DNA from: Candidatus Latescibacterota bacterium
Lineage (GTDB): Bacteria; Latescibacterota; UBA2968
Reading direction: 5' to 3'
DNA: 64,000 nt
Assembly: GCA_965208125.1 (NCBI GenBank)
Contig: OZ242320.1
Location: forward strand, 1,728,001-1,792,000
Both the position numbers and the translations under genes were made by a program. The notes below the pieces were generated by a model. It had not been told where the DNA came from and made no database searches. It saw only the letters and a program-made list of their open reading frames with translations. Below are positions 37,903 through 46,202 of the stretch, piece by piece (position 1 is the first letter of the stretch; every line of letters begins with the position of its first letter).

Positions 37903-37931
37903 AATATATAGTTATGTATTGTTTTTGTCAA
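37903..37931 (-). promoter_or_regulatory. sigma70 promoter for tnpB, predicted leaderless transcript
   Basis: TTGACA, 17-nt spacer, TATATT; ATG lies 6 nt after the -10 box; no SD sequence. Confidence 0.7.
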
Positions 37932-38128
37932 GTGTAATATGGAATGAGTTTTGTTGATGAAGTGCTGGCGCACTTGTACACCGCTCTACCGCCACCGATA
38001 GTCCCTTGAGGACTATCCCATAGGCTAAAGCCGCCCCATAAATTCTATGCGCTTCGCCGCGACCCAACGCTAAAGCTCTCTGCGAGTGGGTTTTACGCGC
38101 ATTTCTAATAAAGGATGGAGTCCTATCC

Positions 38129-39085
38129 ATGAACCGCATTATTTCTCTTCTACCCAGCAGCACCGAAATCATCTGTGCCATCGGTGGTGGCGAACACCTT
38201 GTCGGCCGTTCCCACGAATGCGATTACCCGCCCATCGTCGCCAACTTGCCCATCTGCACAGCCCCCAAATTCGACCCGGACGGCACCTCGTATCAAATTG
38301 ACCAGCGGGTCAAAGCCATCTTACAAGAAGCCACCTCGGTATATCGGGTAGATGCCGACCAGCTCGACGAATTGGCACCGGATTTGTTGGTAACACAATC
38401 GCAGTGCGACGTCTGCGCCGTCAGCCTCAAAGACGTCCAGGAAGCAGCCTGCCAATTGGTGCATTCTCAGCCAACCATTCTATCACTGGAACCCAACGCC
38501 CTAACCGATGTCTGGCGCGACATTGAACGGGTGGGAACTGCTCTTGGAATGGAAGATAATAGTGGTACTCTCGTGACTCAACTAAAGAATCGACTACACA
38601 AAATTGCAACCCGCGTCCGCGAGATCGACTACCGTCCACGCGTGGCCTGCATTGAGTGGTTCGAACCGCTCATGGCTGCGGGCAATTGGATCCCCGAACT
38701 GGTGGAAATCTCCGGTGGTCAAAACCTCTTTACCTCGTCAGGAGATCATTCTCCCTATCTATCGTGGGAGGCCATAGAGGAAGCCCAGCCGGATATCATC
38801 ATCCTGATGCCCTGCGGTTTTACTATGCCCCGTTCGCGAAACGAATTGCCATCTCTCACCCAACAGCCGGCGTGGTCCCGGCTACGAGCCGTACAGCAGG
38901 AGCAGGTATTCCTCACCGATGGCAACCAATTTTTCAACCGTCCGGGACCGCGCCTGGTGGAATCGGCTGAAATCCTCGCCGAGATTTTCCATCCCCAGTA
39001 CTTTGGTTGTACACACGAACACATAGGATGGGAGCGATGGAAAACGGATAAAAGCATCTCGCCTGAAAGGAACCCTCATGTCTGA
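38129..39085 (+). CDS. BtuF-like cobalamin/iron ABC substrate-binding protein (no signal peptide seen)
   Basis: RIISLLPSSTEI, VGRSHECDYP and FNRPGPRLVES motifs. Confidence 0.85.
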   Translation: MNRIISLLPSSTEIICAIGGGEHLVGRSHECDYPPIVANLPICTAPKFDPDGTSYQIDQRVKAILQEATSVYRVDADQLDELAPDLLVTQSQCDVCAVSLKDVQEAACQLVHSQPTILSLEPNALTDVWRDIERVGTALGMEDNSGTLVTQLKNRLHKIATRVREIDYRPRVACIEWFEPLMAAGNWIPELVEISGGQNLFTSSGDHSPYLSWEAIEEAQPDIIILMPCGFTMPRSRNELPSLTQQPAWSRLRAVQQEQVFLTDGNQFFNRPGPRLVESAEILAEIFHPQYFGCTHEHIGWERWKTDKSISPERNPHV

Positions 39086-40349
39086 CAAACCCAACTTCAT
39101 CGTATTCATGAGTGACGACCAGGGACACCGCGACCTCTCTTGCATGGGCGCGACCGACTTTCAAACCCCCAACTTTGACCGCATCGCATCTCGGGGTGCC
39201 AAACTCACCCGCTGGTATTCCAATGCCCCGATCTGCTCCGCCGGACGCTGCGGCATACTCACCGGGCGCTATCCCATTGCCGCGGGCATTCCCGGCAACG
39301 TAGGCGTAACTGCCGACGGCCTATCACCGGACTTGCCCACCATACCCAAAGCACTCAAAAAACTGGGCTATCAAACCTATATGTCGGGCAAATGGCACCT
39401 GGGCAACCGCGAACCCTTCTTGCCGCACAACCACGGCTTTGACCACTGGTTTGGCTTCACCAACGGCTGTATCGACTACTACTCGCACATCTTCTACTGG
39501 GCACTATCTTCGAAAAACCAGGCGCGGCACGACCTCTGGGAAGACGGTCGAGAAATATATCGCAACGGCACCTACTTCGTCGATCTCATGCGCGACAAAG
39601 CCATTGAATACATCCAAAAAGCCAAAAACGATGGCCGACCTTTCTTCATGTACATCCCCTTCAACACCCCACACTATCCCCTGCACGCCCCAGAAGAATA
39701 CATGGAACGCTATGCACATCTATCTCGCTCGCGACAACTCATGACCGCCATGCTCACCGTCATGGACGACGCCATCGGCAAAATCCTCGACGAACTCGAA
39801 CGACTGGACCTCTTTGACAACACCTGCATCTTCTTTCAACCCGATCACGGCCCCTCGCGCGAACCGCGCAACTGGACCGACGGCACAGACCTCCCCTATC
39901 CCGGCGGCGACACAGGTGGCCTGCGCGGACACAAAGGCACCCTCTGGGAAGGCGGCATTCGCGTCCCCACCCTCATGAGCTGGCCCGCGCGTGTACAGGG
40001 CGGAAAAACCATCGACGAAATCGGCATTGGCATGGACATCTTCCCCACCATCCTCACCGCCGCAGGCGGCGACCCCGAACAATACAACCTCGACGGCACG
40101 GACATCCTCCCAATGATCGCCGACAATGCCCCCTCACCGCACGGCGACCTCTTCTGGACACAAGGACCCAGAGGCAACACCCGTGTGATTCAACGCGACC
40201 GCTACAAACTCCTCCTCGACGGCAATGAAATACACCTCTCCAACCTCGACACCGATCCCAATGAAACCACCAACATCGCGGGCGACGAACCCGACCTGAC
40301 AAACGACCTCCTCACCCGCCTCAACGAATGGCACGCCTCTGTAACCTGA
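39078..40349 (+). CDS. Sulfatase (formylglycine-dependent)
   Basis: PNFIVFMSDD, CSAGR (CxAxR), LTGRY, GKWHLG, DHG and EGGIRVP motifs. Confidence 0.93.
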   Translation: MSDKPNFIVFMSDDQGHRDLSCMGATDFQTPNFDRIASRGAKLTRWYSNAPICSAGRCGILTGRYPIAAGIPGNVGVTADGLSPDLPTIPKALKKLGYQTYMSGKWHLGNREPFLPHNHGFDHWFGFTNGCIDYYSHIFYWALSSKNQARHDLWEDGREIYRNGTYFVDLMRDKAIEYIQKAKNDGRPFFMYIPFNTPHYPLHAPEEYMERYAHLSRSRQLMTAMLTVMDDAIGKILDELERLDLFDNTCIFFQPDHGPSREPRNWTDGTDLPYPGGDTGGLRGHKGTLWEGGIRVPTLMSWPARVQGGKTIDEIGIGMDIFPTILTAAGGDPEQYNLDGTDILPMIADNAPSPHGDLFWTQGPRGNTRVIQRDRYKLLLDGNEIHLSNLDTDPNETTNIAGDEPDLTNDLLTRLNEWHASVT

Positions 40350-40352
40350 CCC

Positions 40353-41111
40353 TTACCCCCTACCCCCCTTCACACTCCACACCGAACCCGACGTATAAGT
40401 ATTGCGTTCAGAACACAAAAACTCAATCACCTCGGCCACCTCCTCCGGATCCGAATACCGCCCCATCGCCTGACCCGGAGGACTGGCAATATACTCGGGC
40501 GAAAACCTCGGCACTACCATATCCGTCAACGCCCGCCCCGGCTCCACGCCATTGACAAACACACCCTGTTTGCAATACGCATTGCCCAGCGCGCCGATAA
40601 ATGAATACACAGCCCCCTTCGACACCGAATACGGCACCTGATTTGGACTGCCATTTCGCGCACCTGAAGTAATCGTCACACAGCGCCCCCAACCCCCTGC
40701 GAGCATATGGGGAATTGCAGCCTGATGAAAATGATAAACCCCGTACACATTGATACGCATCACCTTATCAAACTGCGCCACAGGCTGCTCAAAAAACGGC
40801 TTCTCCCATCCCAAAATACCGGCACAACACACCAGAATATCCAATCTCCCAAAACGCGCAACCGCCTGTGCCACACACGCCTGAACAGCGGACTCATCCG
40901 TCACATCGGTCTCCACAAACAACGCCTCCTGCCCCAATGCCTCAATCTTTTCAACCATCTCCGCCCCCTCTCTTGCCAGAACATCGGCAATAACAACATC
41001 CCGCCCCTCCTCCGCAATCCGAACCGCCGTTGCCCCACCAATACCCCGCGCGCCCCCTGTAACAAGTGCAACCCGCCGTTCCTTTTCCGCTGCAAAACGC
41101 AAATTCGACAT
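40353..41111 (-). CDS. SDR family oxidoreductase
   Basis: TGGARGIG and YSVSK motifs; start at ATG 41111 with GAGGAGG RBS. Confidence 0.92.
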   Translation of the reverse strand: MSNLRFAAEKERRVALVTGGARGIGGATAVRIAEEGRDVVIADVLAREGAEMVEKIEALGQEALFVETDVTDESAVQACVAQAVARFGRLDILVCCAGILGWEKPFFEQPVAQFDKVMRINVYGVYHFHQAAIPHMLAGGWGRCVTITSGARNGSPNQVPYSVSKGAVYSFIGALGNAYCKQGVFVNGVEPGRALTDMVVPRFSPEYIASPPGQAMGRYSDPEEVAEVIEFLCSERNTYTSGSVWSVKGGRG

Positions 41112-41178
41112 CTCACCCTCCTCGTATTCTATTGCCCATTGTCGTCTCATCGCGTAATATAACCCAATAAGATCAGAA

Positions 41179-41232
41179 TCGGGAAAAGGATTTCCCTCCT
41201 ACAATACACCTGAGCGGCATCCCTGCCGCGAT
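41179..41232. repeat. GTAG-type REP-like palindromes
   Basis: Reverse complement GTAGGAGGGAAATCCTTTTCCCGA, then GAGCGGCATCCCTGCCGCGAT. Confidence 0.6.
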
Positions 41233-41283
41233 CAGAGGCAAACTCACAGGTATATTGACGGTCAAATTTGTTTTAGCTTTGTA

Positions 41284-41326
41284 GTCTTAATTTCTAATTC
41301 TTAATTTCTAATTTCTAATTCTTAAC
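41284..41326. repeat. Heptamer tandem repeat (TAATTTC/TAATTCT)
   Basis: About 6 imperfect units just upstream of the dehydratase RBS. Confidence 0.7.
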
Positions 41327-41338
41327 GGGAGCATATCC

Positions 41339-42466
41339 ATGAAAATCGACCAGGTCGAACACTTCCTGCTCGGCAACAGCTATGTCGTCCGCCTTACCAC
41401 CGACACCGGCATCTCCGGCATCGGAACCTCTGCTTGCTGGGGCTATCCCGAAGCCATCCGATCCATAGCGAAAGTCTTCAAAGAATACCTCATCGGACAA
41501 AATCCCATGCGCATAGAACACCACTGGCAGCACCTCTACCGCATGGCACCCTTTCGCGGCACCGCGCTTTGCGGTGCAGTCAGCGCAATGGACATCGCCC
41601 TGTACGACATCAAAGGCAAACACTTTCAAGTCCCGGTCTGGGAACTCCTCGGCGGCAACTGCCGCGACAAAATTCGCCTGCACCTCCTCGCGGGCGGACC
41701 CACACCCGAACAAATGTATAAAAACGCAAAAGCCGCCGTTGCCGAAGGCTTCACCGCCATCAAATTTGATCCCATCACAGGCGGATACCAGAACCAGGCG
41801 CAATCGCGCATCATACAAAACGCCGTCGAAATCGTCGCCGCTGCCCGCGAAGGTGCCGGACCCGATGTGGATCTCATCGTCGAAGTCCACCGCAAACTCA
41901 CCCCAATGGTCGCCGTAGCCCTGGGCGAAGCCCTCATCCCCTATCACCTCTACTTCATGGAAGACCCCATCCAGATAGACACCATCACCACCCAGGCTGA
42001 AATCGCCAAACGCATCCCCGTACCCCTGGGCAATGGCGAGCGCTTCACCTCAATATGGGAATTTCGCGAACTCCTCGAACACGGCGGACCCCAATACGTG
42101 CGTCCAGACATTGCCCTGGCAGGAGGCCTGACCCACTGCAAAAAAATCGCCGCCATTGCAGAATCCTATCACTGCGCGGTCGTCACCCACAACTTTCTCA
42201 GTCCCCTGGGCACAGCCGCATCCCTTCACCTCGACGCCAGCATCCCCAACTTCATCACACAGGAATACTCCAAAAACGACGAAAGCGAACGCAACGCCGT
42301 GTACAAATGCGCGCACAAACGCGAAGGCGGCTATATTCCCCTCCCCGAAGCACCTGGCCTTGGCGTTGAACTTGACGACGCCAAAATCCCCGACACGCCC
42401 TTTGCCCCCTTGACCAAAGTCAATACACCCAGACGAGAGGACGGATCAATCGCGTATGCGGTGTGA
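41339..42466 (+). CDS. Mandelate racemase/enolase-superfamily dehydratase (galactonate dehydratase-like)
   Basis: DIALYDIKGK, VWELLGG, AIKFD, VEVH, MEDP, NGER and HN motifs. Confidence 0.9.
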   Translation: MKIDQVEHFLLGNSYVVRLTTDTGISGIGTSACWGYPEAIRSIAKVFKEYLIGQNPMRIEHHWQHLYRMAPFRGTALCGAVSAMDIALYDIKGKHFQVPVWELLGGNCRDKIRLHLLAGGPTPEQMYKNAKAAVAEGFTAIKFDPITGGYQNQAQSRIIQNAVEIVAAAREGAGPDVDLIVEVHRKLTPMVAVALGEALIPYHLYFMEDPIQIDTITTQAEIAKRIPVPLGNGERFTSIWEFRELLEHGGPQYVRPDIALAGGLTHCKKIAAIAESYHCAVVTHNFLSPLGTAASLHLDASIPNFITQEYSKNDESERNAVYKCAHKREGGYIPLPEAPGLGVELDDAKIPDTPFAPLTKVNTPRREDGSIAYAV

Positions 42467-43634
42467 AACAAATTACAAAACCGCCATCCTCAATGCGGTA
42501 TCAAACCCCGAGACCTTTCTCAGGCTTACCCTGAGCCATCCGCGTCGTGGCACAACCTGTAACAAAATCGCCGTCCGCATGGTCCAGATCAAAAATGCGC
42601 CCCATCTCCAGATCGCGCGATATAGCCGCACGCAAGACATCACGGAAAACATCCCACTGACCGACGCGAACGCCGCGCTCGACGAACTACTCGCCCTGCC
42701 CTTCGCACAAATCCACGTACAAAATAGTCACGAAGACCTCCACATTCGCATCACAAAAAAAGGCCGCGCACTATTCAAACGCGCAAAACCCTCGCGTCCA
42801 AACATCCAGCCCGCACTATCGCACAACCGCGTCAAACACCACCCCCTATCCGACAACCGTCCCGACGCCTTTCTACAGGGCCTCGGCATCATGGATCAAA
42901 ACGGACGCGTACGCGCCTCCATGCGCGACAAATTCAAACAAATCAACGCCTTTCTCCACCACTTACAACCCGTCATATCAGAAACAAATCGCCCCCTCAC
43001 CCTCATAGACTGCGGCTGCGGCAACGCGTATCTCACATTCGCAGCGTATCACTACCTGAACAACATTCAGAACATCCCCGCGCGACTCATCGGCATTGAC
43101 CACAACCCATCCCTCATCGCCAAATGTCGCACCCTCGCCCGTGACCTCGGCTGGTCAGACCTCGCCTTTCACAATTCCAGCATCGCCGACTTCACACCCC
43201 AAACACCGCCCGACATCGTCTTTAGCCTGCACGCCTGCGACACAGCAACCGACGACGCCATTGCCCGCGCCGTACAGTGGAACAGCCCCGTCATCCTCGC
43301 AGCCCCCTGCTGCCAGCACGAACTGCGCCCACAACTCGACGTATCTGTCTTCGCACCCGTAATGGCGCACGGCATCCTCAAAGGGCGCACCGCCGACATC
43401 CTCACCGACGCCTGCCGCGCACAACTCCTGCGCATACTGGGCTATCGCACCGAACTCATAGAATTCATCGACTCCAAACACACGCCCAAAAACATCCTCA
43501 TCCGCGCAAAAAAAACCTCCCGAACAAGTGATCCAACCCTCGTTCAGGAGTATTGCACCCTGCGCGACTTCTGGCACATCAAACCCAGCCTCGAACACCT
43601 GCTCACTCGCGAACTCGCGCCCTTTTTATCCTGA
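42456..43634 (+). CDS. Class I SAM-dependent methyltransferase
   Basis: IDCGCGNAYLTF, SLHACDTATD, APCCQHE and HTPKN motifs. Confidence 0.9.
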   Translation: MRCETNYKTAILNAVSNPETFLRLTLSHPRRGTTCNKIAVRMVQIKNAPHLQIARYSRTQDITENIPLTDANAALDELLALPFAQIHVQNSHEDLHIRITKKGRALFKRAKPSRPNIQPALSHNRVKHHPLSDNRPDAFLQGLGIMDQNGRVRASMRDKFKQINAFLHHLQPVISETNRPLTLIDCGCGNAYLTFAAYHYLNNIQNIPARLIGIDHNPSLIAKCRTLARDLGWSDLAFHNSSIADFTPQTPPDIVFSLHACDTATDDAIARAVQWNSPVILAAPCCQHELRPQLDVSVFAPVMAHGILKGRTADILTDACRAQLLRILGYRTELIEFIDSKHTPKNILIRAKKTSRTSDPTLVQEYCTLRDFWHIKPSLEHLLTRELAPFLS

Positions 43635-43645
43635 CTTACTTACAT

Positions 43646-43683
43646 AAAAACGGGTAGAACTACAATTCTCTACCCGTCTCTTT
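43646..43683. terminator. Bidirectional terminator between convergent genes
   Basis: A5-CGGGTAGA...TCTACCCG-TCTCTTT. Confidence 0.6.
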
Positions 43684-43745
43684 GGGGATCATATACAATA
43701 GCCCCGAATCTCAAATACTTAACAGACTCATGAGCATTTTGTCGA

Positions 43746-44111
43746 TTATGCACAATACCTCTGATAAAACTCTTTTACTTCTTCTGGTGTCTGGTCTGAT
43801 TCACAAAGTCCTTGACGAATTTTGAGCAAAAGTACTGGTGCTATAGGCGGTTGAAAAATACCATCACGCAGAAGAATATTGGCCCGCCATTCCTCAAGTA
43901 TGTCCGCATATTCATAAGCAACAACCGATTTTTTTTGTACAAAAGGATGATCATTCGGTTGAAGGATACATGTTTCATCTATTCCCGGATACCATGACGT
44001 GATATTCAACAGTATTGTTTGTGGTGGATTGCCTACGCATTCTATAAGAAATAAGTATAAATGATGACCGCCAGAATCATCAATCAATACACATCTACCT
44101 GCTAACGGCAT
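43746..44111 (-). CDS. Putative toxin partner of the Panacea antitoxin (PemK/MazF-like pattern)
   Basis: HLYLFL, LLNITS, DETCIL..NDHPFVQKKS motifs; 8 nt downstream of the Panacea gene; AT-rich. Confidence 0.6.
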   Translation of the reverse strand: MPLAGRCVLIDDSGGHHLYLFLIECVGNPPQTILLNITSWYPGIDETCILQPNDHPFVQKKSVVAYEYADILEEWRANILLRDGIFQPPIAPVLLLKIRQGLCESDQTPEEVKEFYQRYCA

Positions 44112-44119
44112 ATTTTACC

Positions 44120-44728
44120 CTATCTTATTTCTTGACTCATATTTTCAATCCTGCGTTCAAATATTGCCCTCCCACTAAGTTTTTGTTTAATCGCTATTAA
44201 ATCATCACCACACCATCCCACAGCTTTGAGTAAAGTATCCCAATCTATTGGAGAAGAGGACATGCCAGGGTCATCAAACTCTGGCAATGAATGCACATAT
44301 CTCTGTAATTCATCAAATGATTTTTTTCCAAATTTCTCAAATACCTCACGTATCAAATCAACTTCAAAGCGGGACAGTTTACCTTCACCTGTATCACCTC
44401 TGAGTAACTTAATGACATGCGGGGATTCAGGAGAAGAAAAAAATTGAGACCAATATTCCCCTGTCCACGGATTATTAATAAGATGATACGTATTACTCGG
44501 TGTCGGACCTAATGGTGTATTATATGGACGATCATAAGTTATTGGGCTTCCCCGACGTTTCAAAGACTCTCTATCAATGAGATAAATTAACTTGACCAGT
44601 TTATGTACATCAATTTTATCGCCACAATAAGTTGCGAGTATCGCAGCAACCTGGGTCGTCTTGTGTTCTTTAAACTGAGGCACTTCCAGTGTCGGTATAA
44701 ACGTCTCAGCAGGTGTGGGATTAGACAT
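44120..44728 (-). CDS. Panacea (DUF4065/SocA-like) antitoxin
   Basis: KLVKLIYLIDR...G.PITYD...LGP and LQRYVHSLPE motifs. Confidence 0.85.
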   Translation of the reverse strand: MSNPTPAETFIPTLEVPQFKEHKTTQVAAILATYCGDKIDVHKLVKLIYLIDRESLKRRGSPITYDRPYNTPLGPTPSNTYHLINNPWTGEYWSQFFSSPESPHVIKLLRGDTGEGKLSRFEVDLIREVFEKFGKKSFDELQRYVHSLPEFDDPGMSSSPIDWDTLLKAVGWCGDDLIAIKQKLSGRAIFERRIENMSQEIR

Positions 44729-44822
44729 AACGTTTTACTCTTTCTTCAAGGGATAATCTGCCTCGCAGATGGGCAATCAAAATGGACGTATCAATCAATA
44801 CGCCTCGATTTTCTTCTGCCAT
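44721..44822 (-). pseudogene. vapC: N-terminal remnant of a VapC/PIN toxin
   Basis: Manual translation MAEENRGVLIDTSILIAHLRG, then unrelated sequence and a stop; overlaps the antitoxin 3' end as in vapBC. Confidence 0.8.
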
Positions 44823-45064
44823 TCATCCCATTCCTTTTCAACTTCTCGAAAAGCTGTCGCAATTCCCTCGTCGTCTTTCCAAATGCCGTGCGTCTGTGCC
44901 AGTGCTTCCAGCATCTTTTTTTTATTTTGCGCCTTCAACTTCACAGGGACCTGTGGAACGGTATGTGACAACTCCTGAATAGTCATTTCCAACAGGCGAA
45001 GACGCTCTGCCATGGATAGGGGTTTGACATATTTTTTGTAGATTATTTCCAGGTGATCCGCCAT
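44795..45064 (-). CDS. Putative VapB-like antitoxin
   Basis: 89 aa with LSMAERLRLLE and THGIWKD; AAGGAG RBS; overlaps the PIN remnant. Confidence 0.7.
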   Translation of the reverse strand: MADHLEIIYKKYVKPLSMAERLRLLEMTIQELSHTVPQVPVKLKAQNKKKMLEALAQTHGIWKDDEGIATAFREVEKEWDEWQKKIEAY

Positions 45065-45298
45065 GTTATCTCCTTTTATGGAAACAATGTATCAAAAAGT
45101 AACATTTCTCAGAATGTCAGACAATACAAATCTCACAATTTATGACATTGTGCCTATCTCAGTCGAAATAATGAAGACTTCAATGTAAATTGAATACCGC
45201 AAGTAAAAATACTGTTTCCTCAACCATTAGGAGAAAACGCCTGAGACATCTTACTCGATCTGTGCAGGCAACAAACCGATGCTTCTATCCAACCCTGC

Positions 45299-46132
45299 TC
45301 AGGGGCTTAAAGTCAGTCCTTCGCGGGCAACCACCGCCCCTGCGAACAATCGGCGCGCCGCCGCTTCGATTCTACTGAGTGCCTCGTCGTCGCGCTTCGG
45401 TGCGTGGTGGAAGATGACGTACGTCTTGACGCCAGATACACGGCATAGCCGCGCCCCTTCCTCGAAGGTCGAATGACCCCAGCCGCGATGACGGGGGAAC
45501 TCAGCATCGGTAAACATCGCGTCATAGATCACGATATCAGCCCCTTCAATAAGGCCAATGACGTTCTCATCCTGCATCCCCGGCTCGTGCTCGGTATCCG
45601 TGATGTAGCAGATGCTTTTTCCAGCGTATTCGACCCGGTAACCTGTCGCCCCACCGGGATGTCGAAGCGGCGCAGTGCGAATGGCTATTCCGGGCTTCGG
45701 ATTCAGTGTCTCGCCAGCCTGAAAATCAAAGAACGCAACGTGGGCGGGAAAAATTTCGGGCGACACGGGAAAGAGCGGCGCGCTCATAAGGTGGCGAACC
45801 GCCCCTTCGGTGGTACCGCCCGCTGGCTGATGTCCGGACCATACCCGGAGCGTGTTGCCGCGCTGGTAGGCGAACGGGAAGAACGGCAGACCGAGGACAT
45901 GGTCGATATGACTATGGGAAAGGAACAGATCAACATCGGTACATCCTTCCTCAACCAGGGCAACTCCGAGCCTGCGAATGCCTGAACCAGCATCGAAAAC
46001 AAGCACCGCCTCATCACATCGGACCTCGACACAGGAGGTATTGCCGCCGTAGCGGATGTAATGAGCATCCGAGACGGGGATGCTCCCCCGTACTCCCCAG
46101 AACCGGACGTACATGTGATTTAAAGCACTCAT
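45299..46132 (-). CDS. MBL-fold metallo-hydrolase (candidate cyclic-nucleotide phosphodiesterase)
   Basis: WGVRGS, YGGNTSCVE, HSHIDH, HPGG, TDTE, GHS and FHHAP motifs. Confidence 0.9.
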   Translation of the reverse strand: MSALNHMYVRFWGVRGSIPVSDAHYIRYGGNTSCVEVRCDEAVLVFDAGSGIRRLGVALVEEGCTDVDLFLSHSHIDHVLGLPFFPFAYQRGNTLRVWSGHQPAGGTTEGAVRHLMSAPLFPVSPEIFPAHVAFFDFQAGETLNPKPGIAIRTAPLRHPGGATGYRVEYAGKSICYITDTEHEPGMQDENVIGLIEGADIVIYDAMFTDAEFPRHRGWGHSTFEEGARLCRVSGVKTYVIFHHAPKRDDEALSRIEAAARRLFAGAVVAREGLTLSP

Positions 46133-46202
46133 CTAAGGAAATATTCGGAAATGTACAACGTGAAAGGTCTGCAACGGGCGACTTCTCATGGTTCGACTCC
46201 TC

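Larger units (their letters stand above)
36731..38107 (-). mobile_element. IS200/IS605-family element with tnpB only (IS1341-like)
   Basis: Right-end hairpin GAAGCCCAAC...GTTGGGAGTAGTCAC ends at 36731; left-end remnants with GCTAAAGC motifs at 38016-38100 abut TTTAT on the minus strand; no tnpA. Left boundary approximate. Confidence 0.8.
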
